From Octopus bimaculoides (taxonomy: Eukaryota), in contig NC_068990.1 of the NCBI RefSeq assembly GCF_001194135.2, positions 78,111,114-78,145,542 on the forward strand: a stretch of DNA of 34,429 bases, read 5' to 3'. A program made the position numbers and the translations under genes. This document shows positions 1 to 12,266 of the stretch, piece by piece. The notes beneath the pieces were generated by a model that saw nothing but the letters and a program-made list of their open reading frames with translations, made no database searches and was not told the origin of the DNA. Position 1 is the stretch's first letter. Every line of letters starts with the position of its first letter.

Positions 1-28
1 ATATATATATATATATATATATATATAC

Positions 29-192
29 GACTGGCTTCTTTCAGTTTCCGTCTACCAAATCCACTCACAAGGCTTTGGTCAGCCTGAGGCTATAGTTGAA
101 GACACTTGCCCAAGGTGCCACGCAGTGGGATTGGACCCGGAACCATGTGGTTGGTAAGCAAGCTACTTACCACACAGCCATTCCTGCACCTA
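29..192 (-). mobile_element. tRNA-derived SINE, family A (OR-like octopus SINE), 5' part
   Basis: Minus strand reads TGGCTGTGTGGTAAG (A box) ... GGTTCCGGGTCCAATCCC (B-box-like), then GGCAAGTGTCTTC...GGAAACTGAAAGAAGCC. The same body recurs at 8137, 12051, 19315, 24563 and 25557. Confidence 0.85.
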
Positions 193-259
193 TGTATATA
201 GAAATAATATTATTTCTAAATCTCTCTAAAGGAGACTACAGCAGCAGTACTTGGTATTA

Positions 260-482
260 ATATTTATCGCCAAGCTAACATGGCAGTCCAGAGAAATAGG
301 ACAAATGTAGCCGTTGATTAGTTCCAAGAGTCCATCACCTCTACCTAGCTACATGACACACAAATATATATATATATATATANNNNNNNNNNNNNNNNNN
401 NNNNNNNNNNNNNNNNNNNNNNNNNNNNNNNNNNNNNNNNNNNNNNNNNNNNNNNNNNNNNNNNNNNNNNNNNNNNNNNNNN

Positions 483-519
<37 letters not shown>

Positions 520-769
520 ATGTATATGTAAAAACTTGCTGTTGACAAAGGCTGCATGGCTTTCAATTATTAAATTATAACCTTTGAACAGGGAAGGTCA
601 TCAGCTTCCTATTGCTGGTTCAACATCCACAGACCAGTTTGAGGGTATTTTCCCGTCATCAATGTGGAGTAGATTTGTGTGTCACATAGCTAGCTAGAGA
701 CAATGGCCTCTCAGAGCTCATCAACAGCAGCATTCATTCTATTTCTCTGGACTAACATGTTAGCTTGGC

Positions 770-778
<9 letters not shown>
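260..778. mobile_element. Element with ~106-bp inverted arms (MITE/foldback-like or old inverted duplication)
   Basis: 260-365 aligns ungapped to the reverse complement of 673-778, about 20 mismatches by hand count. TA dinucleotides at both outer edges. Confidence 0.55.

Positions 779-834
<56 letters not shown>
773..834. repeat. (TA)n microsatellite
   Basis: Direct read. (TA)n tracts also at 1-28, 34388-34429 and flanking most N gaps. Confidence 0.95.
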
Positions 835-836
<2 letters not shown>

Positions 837-837
837 A

Positions 838-893
838 AAGGCAGCGAGCTGGCAGAATCGTTACCACGCCAGGCGAAATGCTTAACGGTGGTA
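838..893 (+). mobile_element. SINE family C head fragment
   Basis: GGCAGCGAGCTGGCAGAATCGTTACCACGCCAGGCGAAATGCTTA matches the head of the full copy at 15905. Confidence 0.75.
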
Positions 894-966
894 GCGGTGA
901 TGATGATGGTAATGGTGATGATGATTGTGATGATGGTAATGCTGGTGATGATGATAATGAAGATAG

Positions 967-1010
<44 letters not shown>

Positions 1011-1113
1011 GTGATGATGATGGTGATGATAATGATAACGACAATGACAATGATGATGATAATGATGACAAAGATGATGATCACAACAATGATGATGATG
1101 ATAATGATGATGA
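893..1113. repeat. (GAT/GGT/AAT/GAC)n trinucleotide repeat
   Basis: Direct read. It explains the poly-D/M/I/H/S ORFs in all frames. Confidence 0.95.
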
Positions 1114-1529
1114 AGCTGAGTATACCTGATACTATATTGACTACTGTCACCATTTTTCATGTAAAACTGAAAGGTGTGCGTTTTTTTTAGAATTAAAGGA
1201 AGATTTGGCTACTACTTTTAGCATATTAAGCAACCATATACAGAAGTGTTATCAAAAAAAAAAAATAGGGGAGAAAGGAGAAAGAGAGTGTGTTGAGAGT
1301 GAGTTTAAAAATGAGACAGCTGTCTACGTCTGTAGTGGAGTACATGTCATTAAAAGTAATGGAATTAAAACAGATTGGTGCTAAAGTGAAGATTTGTTAT
1401 ATTGTGATGACATGGCAATATATTGACAGGATGACATCATGACAGCAGATCTTGGGAATGATTTGTCAATCAGCTGAGTGTGGCCACATCAGAAAGAGTT
1501 CTATGTATGCACGAGTGCTTGTGTGTAAG

Positions 1530-1664
1530 CGTGCTTGTTGTGCTGTGTGTGTGTGTGTGTATAGAGAGAGAGAGGAGAGTGTTTACTTATACATCTGTAT
1601 GTCTATGAGTGCATATGCATGTATTTGTGTGTATATACATGTATGTGTGTGTGTATGTGTGAGT

Positions 1665-1704
<40 letters not shown>

Positions 1705-1890
1705 AAGCTTTGTAATGTGTGTATAGTTATGTATGTATAAGTGTGTGTATGTGTGCATATATGTATATCTATCTATCTATCTATATATATATATATATAT
1801 AGATAGATAGATAGATAGATACATACATACATACATACATATACATATATATATAGATATATATACATACATACATATATATATATATAG

Positions 1891-1939
<49 letters not shown>

Positions 1940-2137
1940 NNNNNNNNNNNNNNNNNNNNNNNNNNNNNNNNNNNNNNNNNNNNNNNNNNNNNNNNNNNNN
2001 NNNNNNNNNNNNNNNNNNNNNNNNNNNNNNNNNNNNNNTATATGTACATATATATATATACATATGTACATATGTGCATTTAAACACACGCATTTTTATA
2101 TAGGGGAGAGTTCACATATATATGTATACTTGTATAC

Positions 2138-2176
<39 letters not shown>

Positions 2177-2400
2177 CATGTTTGTACGCAACTATAATCG
2201 AGGTGAAAGAAGTTGGGACGTGTTTAGAAAGGGCACATATACATGTGCATACAATAATATACACATTGGTAGGTGCGTGTGCGTGTGTGTGTGTGTGTGC
2301 TTGTGTGCATGCATGTGGGTGCTGTGTGTGTGTGTTTGTGTGCATGTGGACTTGTGTGTGGGTTTACATGGATGAACATATGTGTCCGTGTGTTTGTGTA
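1530..2400. repeat. Compound (GT)n/(TA)n/(CTAT)n/(ATAG)n/(ACAT)n microsatellite block
   Basis: Direct read. Confidence 0.9.
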
Positions 2401-2454
2401 TCTTAGCAATGCTATTGACATCTCACTCCTATCTCTGCAGTTCTTCTCAAAGCA

Positions 2455-2585
2455 GTAATAGAAGTAGTAGCAGTAGCAGCAGCAGCAGCAGCGGCAACAG
2501 TGGCAGCTGCAACAACAGCAGCAGCTGTGGTGGTGGTTTTGGTGGTAGTATCAGCAGCAGCAGCGGCAACAGTAGTAGTAGTAGC

Positions 2586-2616
<31 letters not shown>

Positions 2617-2762
2617 ATGATGGCCATGGTGGTGTTGGCGATAGCAGCAGCAGCAGTAACAGCAGCAGCTGCAGCAATAGTGGTTGTAGTAGTAATAGTA
2701 GTAGTAATGATGGTGGTGGTGGTGGTGGTGATGGTAGTAGTAGCAGCAGTAGTAATAGTAGT
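2455..2762. repeat. (AGT/AGC/GGT)n trinucleotide repeat
   Basis: Direct read. Source of the poly-Ser/Gly ORF. Confidence 0.95.
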
Positions 2763-2783
2763 GAATCTATAATGCACACACAC

Positions 2784-2833
<50 letters not shown>

Positions 2834-3765
2834 NNNNNNNNNNNNNNNNNNNNNNNNNNNNNNNNNNNNNNNNNNNNNNNNNNNNNNNNNNNNNNNNNNN
2901 NNNNNNNNNNNNNNNNNNNNNNNNNNNNNNNNNNNNNNNNNNNNNNNNNNNNNNNNNNNNNNNNNNNNNNNNNNNNNNNNNNNNNNNNNNNNNNNNNNNN
3001 NNNNNNNNNNNNNNNNNNNNNNNNNNNNNNNNNNNNNNNNNNNNNNNNNNNNNNNNNNNNNNNNNNNNNNNNNNNNNNNNNNNNNNNNNNNNNNNNNNNN
3101 NNNNNNNNNNNNNNNNNNNNNNNNNNNNNNNNNNNNNNNNNNNNNNNNNNNNNNNNNNNNNNNNNNNNNNNNNNNNNNNNNNNNNNNNNNNNNNNNNNNN
3201 NNNNNNNNNNNNNNNNNNNNNNNNNNNNNNNNNNNNNNNNNNNNNNNNNNNNNNNNNNNNNNNNNNNNNNNNNNNNNNNNNNNNNNNNNNNNNNNNNNNN
3301 NNNNNNNNNNNNNNNNNNNNNNNNNNNNNNNNNNNNNNNNNNNNNNNNNNNNNNNNNNNNNNNNNNNNNNNNNNNNNNNNNNNNNNNNNNNNNNNNNNNN
3401 NNNNNNNNNNNNNNNNNNNNNNNNNNNNNNNNNNNNNNNNNNNNNNNNNNNNNNNNNNNNNNNNNNNNNNNNNNNNNNNNNNNNNNNNNNNNNNNNNNNN
3501 NNNNNNNNNNNNNNNNNNNNNNNNNNNNNNNNNNNNNNNNNNNNNNNNNNNNNNNNNNNNNNNNNNNNNNNNNNNNNNNNNNNNNNNNNNNNNNNNNNNN
3601 NNNNNNNNNNNNNNNNNNNNNNNNNNNNNNNNNNNNNNNNNNNNNNNNNNNNNNNNNNNNNNNNNNNNNNNNNNNNNNNNNNNNNNNNNNNNNNNNNNNN
3701 NNNNNNNNNNNNNNNNNNNNNNNNNNNNNNNNNNNNNNNNNNNNNNNNNNNNNNNNNNNNNNNNN

Positions 3766-3810
<45 letters not shown>

Positions 3811-3894
3811 TTTTTGATTATCAATGTAGTTAAAGCAAGAGTATAACTAATGCTACAATTGTTGTTGCTATTACTAATACAAGCACCAACAGTA

Positions 3895-3939
<45 letters not shown>

Positions 3940-4352
3940 NNNNNNNNNNTATATATATATATATATAGTCTCCTATTTTATTGAATATCAATACAATAGT
4001 GATTCTAATACAAATAGAACGGTAACACTAACTCCTTCATACATACTCATGTACCCATGCACGCACACACACACGCACACGCGCGCACACTCACGCACAC
4101 ACACACACAGATGTGCGTGCTCATGTACATACTTCATGTCTTTGATCACTGCCCTCTTTCCATGCAGCCTCCTCAATGCAGTTGCCTGACTGACAAGAAA
4201 TAGCAACCAAATATCCCTCATAACACATCATCGTCTTAAGTAAAGGACACACTAAGTAATGTTATTCCAAAATACAGGATGGTCATGGCTTGAGCGTTTC
4301 TGACCATCCATCAGGTAGGCATGATTGTCATCACCATGCTGTCTGTATGGCC

Positions 4353-4388
<36 letters not shown>

Positions 4389-5220
4389 NNNNNNNNNNNN
4401 NNNNNNNNNNNNNNNNNNNNNNNNNNNNNNNNNNNNNNNNNNNNNNNNNNNNNNNNNNNNNNNNNNNNNNNNNNNNNNNNNNNNNNNNNNNNNNNNNNNN
4501 NNNNNNNNNNNNNNNNNNNNNNNNNNNNNNNNNNNNNNNNNNNNNNNNNNNNNNNNNNNNNNNNNNNNNNNNNNNNNNNNNNNNNNNNNNNNNNNNNNNN
4601 NNNNNNNNNNNNNNNNNNNNNNNNNNNNNNNNNNNNNNNNNNNNNNNNNNNNNNNNNNNNNNNNNNNNNNNNNNNNNNNNNNNNNNNNNNNNNNNNNNNN
4701 NNNNNNNNNNNNNNNNNNNNNNNNNNNNNNNNNNNNNNNNNNNNNNNNNNNNNNNNNNNNNNNNNNNNNNNNNNNNNNNNNNNNNNNNNNNNNNNNNNNN
4801 NNNNNNNNNNNNNNNNNNNNNNNNNNNNNNNNNNNNNNNNNNNNNNNNNNNNNNNNNNNNNNNNNNNNNNNNNNNNNNNNNNNNNNNNNNNNNNNNNNNN
4901 NNNNNNNNNNNNNNNNNNNNNNNNNNNNNNNNNNNNNNNNNNNNNNNNNNNNNNNNNNNNNNNNNNNNNNNNNNNNNNNNNNNNNNNNNNNNNNNNNNNN
5001 NNNNNNNNNNNNNNNNNNNNNNNNNNNNNNNNNNNNNNNNNNNNNNNNNNNNNNNNNNNNNNNNNNNNNNNNNNNNNNNNNNNNNNNNNNNNNNNNNNNN
5101 NNNNNNNNNNNNNNNNNNNNNNNNNNNNNNNNNNNNNNNNNNNNNNNNNNNNNNNACAATCATTACTAATACTAATATAATACTCCTATAATTGCAGTTA
5201 TCCCTAAAACTAATACAAGC

Positions 5221-5225
5221 TCTCA

Positions 5226-5298
<73 letters not shown>

Positions 5299-5430
5299 AC
5301 TCTCTTTCCCTCACTTTTTTTCTAACTTTCTCTTTTATTCCGTCACTCTCCCATTGAATTTTATTTTCTTATTCACTCTTCTTGTCTCTCTCTCTCTCTT
5401 TCTTTCTCTCTCTCTCTCTCTCCCTCCCTC
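5221..5430. repeat. (CT)n polypyrimidine microsatellite
   Basis: Direct read. Confidence 0.9.
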
Positions 5431-6126
5431 ACATACGCACACACAGGCACATACACACATTCTCTTATTTTTCCTCTTCTACTCTTAACATCTACACTAC
5501 ATTTTATCCTCTGACAATCTTCCCTTTTTCCTTTTACTCTGAAGGACTATTTCTCTATCCTTCTTTCAATCTATATACTCATCCATCTGTCTAATAGACA
5601 CACATGCATATAGATTATAGATGATACATAGATAGATATACAAAACAATTTATCCACTACTATCTACTTAGATATCTCTCTACATATTCATGTATGTATA
5701 CATCTATTCCCTTATATATGTTGTTTTCTCCCTTTCCCTCTGTGTATGTATACACACACACACACATATATACATGGACTGAGGAATCTATGTATATATA
5801 TAGAGAGAGAGACACACACATCCATAAACATACACATGTATAGATAGATTGATAGATATAGGTCANNNNNNNNNNNNNNNNNNNNNNNNNNNNNNNNNNN
5901 NNNNNNNNNNNNNNNNNNNNNNNNNNNNNNNNNNNNNNNNNNNNNNNNNNNNNNNNNNNNNNNNNNNNNNNNNNNNNNNNNNNNNNNNNNNNNNNNNNNN
6001 NNNNNNNNNNNNNNTACACACACACACACATATATACATGGACTGAGGAATCTATGTATATATATAGAGAGAGAGACACACACATCCATAAACATACACA
6101 TGTATAGATAGATTGATAGATATAGG

Positions 6127-6365
6127 TCATCATCATCATTGAATGTCTGTTTCCCATGCTGGCATGGTTTAGGCAGCTTGACAGGACCTGGGAAAACGAG
6201 GCGCCACAACAGGTTCCATAGTCTGTTTTGGATTGGTTTCTATAACTAGATGCCCTTCCTAACACCAACCGCTCCACAGAGGGTGCTGGGTGCTTTTTAT
6301 GTGACTCCATCACCAGTGCTTTTTTCTGTAGCACCAGCACCAACACCACTGCTTTTTACATGGTA
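6127..6365 (-). mobile_element. 5'-truncated RTE-like LINE 3' tail
   Basis: Minus strand has GGTTGGTGTTAGGAAGGGCATCTAG...CCATGCCAGCATGG...(ATG)n, the same tail as the RTE copy at 6414-6988. Confidence 0.75.
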
Positions 6366-6413
6366 CATTAAATATGTGTGTGTGTGTGTGTTTGTGCGTA
6401 TACATATATCATC

Positions 6414-6988
6414 ACCATCATCATTTAACCTCCGTTGTCCATACTGGCATGGGTTGGATAGTTTGACCAGGACTGGCAAGTTGGAAGGCTGCACCAGACT
6501 CCAGTCTGATTTGGCATGGTTTCCTATCACCAACCACTCCAAGAGTATAATGGGTGGTTTTACGTGCCACCAGCATGGGTGCCATTTGTGTGACACCAGC
6601 ATCTGCCATGACTGTGGTTTTACTTGGATTGATGGGTCTTCTTCTCAAGCATGACATAATGTCAAAGGTCATGGTCATTGCGTCTGTGAGGCCCAACACT
6701 CGAAAAGAGCTCAGCCACTTTCCCTCTGTGAGGCCCAATGCTTGAAAGCTGCTTTTTACATGCTATCAGCATAGTTACATAAAACCAGCATCAGCCACAA
6801 CTACGATTTCACTTGGCTTGACAGGTCTTCTCAAGCACAGCATATCGCCAAAGGTCTTGGACACTAGTCATTGCCTCTGTGAGACCCAAAGTTCAAAGAT
6901 CATGCTTCATCACATTGTCCCATGTTTTCCTGGGTCTACTTCTGTCACAGGTTCCCTCCACAGTTAGAAATCAGCACTTCTTTACACG
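6414..6988 (-). mobile_element. RTE-clade LINE 3' end (ORF C-terminus + 3' UTR + (ATG)n tail), degenerate
   Basis: 6809-6988 minus translates as RVKKC*FLTVEGTCDRSRPRKTWDNVMKHDL*TLGLTEAMTSVQDLWRYAVLEKTCQAK*, with the GRPRKTW-type motif of RTE RT C-termini and two internal stops. CTCTGTGAG(G/A)CCCAA is repeated three times. Confidence 0.8.
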
Positions 6989-6997
6989 CCTGTGTCC

Positions 6998-7053
<56 letters not shown>

Positions 7054-7056
7054 ATA

Positions 7057-7880
7057 CAGTTGTCCTCAAAATTATTCATACCCTTGTTAATTTTTGTGAT
7101 TTTTTTATTCTTGTAATGAAATGAATGTATTTTGTCAAGTTTGTTTATGTGTTATATGAGAACAACAAGTGAAAGAATAACAATAAAACTCGATTCAAGA
7201 AATTCTTCATTTCATGAGTATTTCATTCATGGATTTTCAAAAAATGTCATGTTCAAAATTATTCATACCCAAGGTTTACTGAGTCCAATATCTTTCTTTA
7301 ATAGTCAATAGCATAGCCTTTGTTTTTTATGACTGCTTCTAGACAATTCTTGTATGTGTCTACAAGTTTCCTGCATGTCTCCTGTGAAATGTTGGCTCAC
7401 TCTTCCTTGGTGAAAGCCTCAAGCTGGGTCAGGTTGGTTGGTTTCTCAGCCACCCCTCTGGTCTTCTAGTCTCACCACAAGTTCTTGATTGGATTCAAGT
7501 CAGGACTCTGACTTGCCCATTCTAGGACATTGACATCATTGTCCTCGAACCATTTCTTCACTACTTTGGTGGTATGTTTCGGATCATTGTCCTGCTGGTA
7601 CTTCCTGTTGTGGCTGAGTTGCAGTTTCTTAGTGGATTCCTTCACATTTTCATCAAGGATCCTGATGTAATCTTCCTTTCTCATGATCCCTTGCATTTTG
7701 ACAAGATTCCCTGTGCCACTGGAAGAGAAACATCCCCTTAGCATTATGTTTCCACCACCATGCTTGACGGTGAGCAAAGTGTTGTTCTTGTATGCTTCTC
7801 CTTTCTTCCTCCAGACATATTCAGCATCCATATGGCCAAATATCTCCAACTTCGTCTCATCAAACCACAGGAGGGTTGAC
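7057..7880 (-). mobile_element. Tc1-family (DD34E) DNA transposon, 3' half, inactive transposase
   Basis: Minus frame gives WFDETK...TVKHGGGNIM...QQDNDPKHT-(34 aa)-SPDLNPIKNLW, continuing past three in-frame stops to ...AVIKNKGYAIDY* (stop 7298-7300). Terminus TA|CAGTTG at 7055-7062. TCAAAATTATTCATACCC occurs in the terminal repeat and again at 7253-7270 (IR/DR type). Confidence 0.93.
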
Positions 7881-7971
7881 TGAAGGATGGGATCTTGCTT
7901 CAGATGATAGTGGAGCCTCCTCAGAAGCCAGCGTGAATGTCACCCAAAGGGCAGCTTCAAGATTAGTATAT

Positions 7972-8108
7972 ATCATCATCATCATCGTCGTCGTCGTTTA
8001 ACGTCCGCTTTCCATGCTAGCATGGGTTGGACGATTTGACTGAGGACTGGTGAAACCAGGTGGCTACACCAGGCTCCAATCTGATCTGGCAGAATTTCTA
8101 CAGCTGGA
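7972..8108 (-). mobile_element. Young 5'-truncated RTE-like tail
   Basis: (CAT/CGT)n GTTTAACGTCCGCTTTCCATGCTAGCATGGGTTGGACG..., with CpGs retained. The body is identical to 9677-9739. Confidence 0.8.
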
Positions 8109-8136
8109 TATATACATATATATACACCCACATAAT

Positions 8137-8580
8137 TAGGTGCAAAGATATGTGGTTAAGAAGTTTACTTCCCAAGCACATAGTTTTCGGTTCAGTCCCA
8201 CTACATGACACCTTGGGCAAGTGTCTTCAACTGTAGCCCTGTGCCAACCAAAAACTTGTGACAAGATTTGGTACATGGAAACTGAAAGAAGCCTGCCAAA
8301 TGTAAATACATATGCATGTGTATGTGTGTGTGTGTACATATATAATAATTATATAATTAATGTGTATAATGTGTGTGTGTGTGTGTGTGTGAATGTGTAT
8401 GTTTGATTTGCCTTGTCTTGATATTGTGTATGAATGTAAATGGGTGTCACTGTCACACAAGTAGTGTCATTTGCTTCCAATAATCTGTGAAAACATGTCC
8501 GGCCACAGGGGAGTTATTACATTACCTGGAAGCAGGTGAGGGTTGGTGACGGAAAGGGAATCCAGCTGTAGAAACTCTGC
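8137..8580 (+). mobile_element. Composite SINE family A with (GT)n spacer and RTE-like tail
   Basis: Head TAGGTGC...TGTGGTTAAG...GGTTCAGTCCC, family A body, then GGTTGGTGACGGAAAGGGAATCCAGCTGTAGAAA shared with the RTE 3' UTR. Confidence 0.8.
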
Positions 8581-8684
8581 TGCAATTATCTCTGTCTGAC
8601 ATGTGTAAGCAAGCAAAAGTAGGTGTTACAATGACACTGAACAATTGACATGATATATAGATATAAATTTGCACGCACACACAC

Positions 8685-8690
8685 ACACAC

Positions 8691-8747
<57 letters not shown>

Positions 8748-8780
8748 TAGATAGATAAATAGATAGATAGATAGATAGAA
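8685..8780. repeat. (GATA)n/(GACA)n microsatellite
   Basis: Direct read. Confidence 0.95.
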
Positions 8781-8909
8781 ATTTATATATATATGTATAT
8801 ATATAGTCTGTCCTACATCCAACCTCCCTCTTTTCTTACTCTCATTTTTTTTTTGCACACACACACATACACATTATTTATCCATCAATATATATATATA
8901 TATCTTTTA

Positions 8910-9167
8910 CTTGTTTCAGTCATTAGACTGCAACAATGCTGGGGTACTGCCTTGAAATTTAGTCGATTGAATCCACCCCAGTACTTACTCTATCGGTCTC
9001 TTAAATTGAACCACTAGGTTATGGGGACATAAAAAACCAACACCGGTTGTCAAGTAGTGATATATATACATATATATATATATACAACAGGCTTCTTTCA
9101 GTTTCTGTTTATCATATCTGCTCACAAAGCTTTAGTCAGCCAAAGGCTGTAGTAGAAGACACTTGCA
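8910..9167 (-). mobile_element. SINE family A, 5'-truncated
   Basis: GGCTTCTTTCAGTTTCTG...AGAAGACACTTGC body plus the tail segment also seen at 19315-19480 and 23150-23340. Confidence 0.7.
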
Positions 9168-9496
9168 CATACAGATTCATGCACATACATACATACAGAC
9201 ATACATACATGCATGCATACATACATGTGTGAGTTTGTATATGTTTATCTCTGTTCTATCTATTGAGCTATTCTGATAGAAGGATAAGGATCTCTTTATC
9301 CATCTAAATATTTCTATATTTCATTTTGTGTAGCTTCTCTATCATGCAGATGCTGATGCACAAACACACATACATATACATACACACAAATACGTGTGCA
9401 CACACACATATATGTATCTGTATGTAAGTATTGTGTACATGTATGTGTGTGTGTATATACACATATATATGTACATATCTTTGTATACATATATAC

Positions 9497-9543
<47 letters not shown>

Positions 9544-9630
9544 AATATATATATGTATATATATATATAGATATATATATCCATATATTATATGCATACA
9601 AACATATATATATATCCATATATATATATG

Positions 9631-9659
<29 letters not shown>

Positions 9660-9661
<2 letters not shown>

Positions 9662-9739
9662 CATCATCATCATCATCGTTTAACGTCCGCTTTCCATGCT
9701 AGCATGGGTTGGACGATTTGACTGAGGACTGGTGAAACC
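9660..9739 (-). mobile_element. RTE-like tail fragment running into a gap
   Basis: Identical to the body of the 7972 copy. Confidence 0.8.
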
Positions 9740-10458
9740 NNNNNNNNNNNNNNNNNNNNNNNNNNNNNNNNNNNNNNNNNNNNNNNNNNNNNNNNNNNNN
9801 NNNNNNNNNNNNNNNNNNNNNNNNNNNNNNNNNNNNNNNNNNNNNNNNNNNNNNNNNNNNNNNNNNNNNNNNNNNNNNNNNNNNNNNNNNNNNNNNNNNN
9901 NNNNNNNNNNNNNNNNNNNNNNNNNNNNNNNNNNNNNNNNNNNNNNNNNNNNNNNNNNNNNNNNNNNNNNNNNNNNNNNNNNNNNNNNNNNNNNNNNNNN
10001 NNNNNNNNNNNNNNNNNNNNNNNNNNNNNNNNNNNNNNNNNNNNNNNNNNNNNNNNNNNNNNNNNNNNNNNNNNNNNNNNNNNNNNNNNNNNNNNNNNNN
10101 NNNNNNNNNNNNNNNNNNNNNNNNNNNNNNNNNNNNNNNNNNNNNNNNNNNNNNNNNNNNNNNNNNNNNNNNNNNNNNNNNNNNNNNNNNNNNNNNNNNN
10201 NNNNNNNNNNNNNNNNNNNNNNNNNNNNNNNNNNNNNNNNNNNNNNNNNNNNNNNNNNNNNNNNNNNNNNNNNNNNNNNNNNNNNNNNNNNNNNNNNNNN
10301 NNNNNNNNNNNNNNNNNNNNNNNNNNNNNNNNNNNNNNNNNNNNNNNNNNNNNNNNNNNNNNNNNNNNNNNNNNNNNNNNNNNNNNNNNNNNNNNNNNNN
10401 NNNNNNNNNNNNNNNNNNNNNNNNNNNNNNNNNNNNNNNNNNNNNNNNNNNNNNNNNN

Positions 10459-10498
<40 letters not shown>

Positions 10499-10984
10499 TA
10501 CTCATTCTTCAGTACACCTAAATCACATTTTCATTCACTATGTGTGTGTGTGTATGTGTGTGTGTAAATATGTACATATATATATTGCATGTGTAAGTGG
10601 CTATGTATAACTGCGTGTGTGTGTATGGCAGATCTATATACACTGCTCTAGACTCCACTATAGTTGTATGAGTCATACCAGAGTCTTTCAACCTCCTTTT
10701 CAAAAAGAGTATCCAAGATGTCGGATGGTTGCAGAGTGGAAGAAAAAGACAAGAAAGATGGAAAGGGGAATAAATAGTGTGCATTCATGTGTCTGTACGT
10801 GTACATATTTGAGTGTGTGTGTGTGTGTGCGTGCGTGTGTGTGTTGGCATTACACTGCACAAGCGTACACACATGTTCACACATGCACTTATGCACACAA
10901 ACTGAATGAGTCATTCTTTCTCTTCAATGCTGCTGCATCATGTTGAAATGGTTCACTGTTAAACAACCATTGATTGTGAAAGGC

Positions 10985-11166
10985 ACTGTGTCTGTGTGTG
11001 TGAGTCTGTTAGTGTGTGTGTGTGTGAATGTGTGTGAGAGAGAGAGAAAGAGCATTAGATTATGTCTGGATGTGTGTGTGTGTGTGTGTGTGTGCAGTTT
11101 ATCTGTGTGTGTACAGGTGTACAAATTGTGTGTGTCCAGTTTATCTGTGTGTACAGGTATACAAAT

Positions 11167-11221
<55 letters not shown>

Positions 11222-11404
11222 GTGAGTGCGTGCAGTTTATCTGTGTGTGTACAGGTATACAAATGTGTGTGTATCTGTACCTGTTTGTGTGTGACTGTTG
11301 GTATGTGCACAGGTGTTTGTGCATGTATATGTGTTGAGGTGTATGTCAAGTTATGCACAGGCAGGAGTGTGTGTGTGTGTGTGTGTGCAATCTGAATTGT
11401 AAAC

Positions 11405-11444
<40 letters not shown>

Positions 11445-11560
11445 TGTATCTACATTGGTGCATTTGTATAGGCAAGATATGTGTATGCTTGTGAGCTTAT
11501 TGTACCTGTAAAGGTGTGTTAGTATAAGGAATTGCTGTATGTGTGTGTGTGTGCATGTGT
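10985..11560. repeat. (GT)n-rich block with three embedded ~32-bp units
   Basis: CAGTTTATCTGTGTG(TG)TACAGGT(G/A)TACAAAT at 11095, 11137 and 11233. Confidence 0.85.
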
Positions 11561-12010
11561 AATTGCATGGAATCCATGTGTGGATTCATTTGTATAGATA
11601 TGTGTATATAATTGTCCACACAAACATATTTTTTGTGTATGAAATAAAATATNNNNNNNNNNNNNNNNNNNNNNNNNNNNNNNNNNNNNNNNNNNNNNNN
11701 NNNNNNNNNNNNNNNNNNNNNNNNNNNNNNNNNNNNNNNNNNNNNNNNNNNNNNNNNNNNNNNNNNNNNNNNNNNNNNNNNNNNNNNNNNNNNNNNNNNN
11801 NNNNNNNNNNNNNNNNNNNNNNNNNNNNNNNNNNNNNNNNNNNNNNNNNNNNNNNNNNNNNNNNNNNNNNNNNNNNNNNNNNNNNNNNNNNNNNNNNNNN
11901 NNNNNNNNNNNNNNNNNNNNNNNNNNNNNNNNNNNNNNNNNNNNNNNNNNNNNNNNNNNNNNNNNNNNNNNNNNTGCATAAATACACATACACAAACACA
12001 CACACATATT

Positions 12011-12050
<40 letters not shown>

Positions 12051-12051
<1 letters not shown>

Positions 12052-12235
12052 CATTAGTTTAACATCCACTTTTCTATGTTCCCATGGGTCAGAATGAAAT
12101 TTGTTGAGGCGGATTTTTTACAGCTGGAATACCCCTTCCTGTCACTAGCCTGCACCTGTCTCTAAGTAAGGTAATATTTCCCCATGACCAGACATGATTT
12201 TGTGGAGGACTGGGGACACTGTGCTTGAAACAGTA

Positions 12236-12266
<31 letters not shown>

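Noticed and set aside
752-2785. Poly-Asp/Met/His/Ser/Ile and YI/CV ORFs (also 9304-9721, 10924-11475, 20771-21395)
   Set aside because: They are translations of di- and trinucleotide microsatellites, open in several frames on both strands, with no non-repetitive coding flanks.
5751-6129. Exact 115-bp direct repeat (5751-5865 / 6015-6129)
   Set aside because: The copies directly flank an N gap and are identical, typical of unmerged contig overlap rather than a biological repeat.
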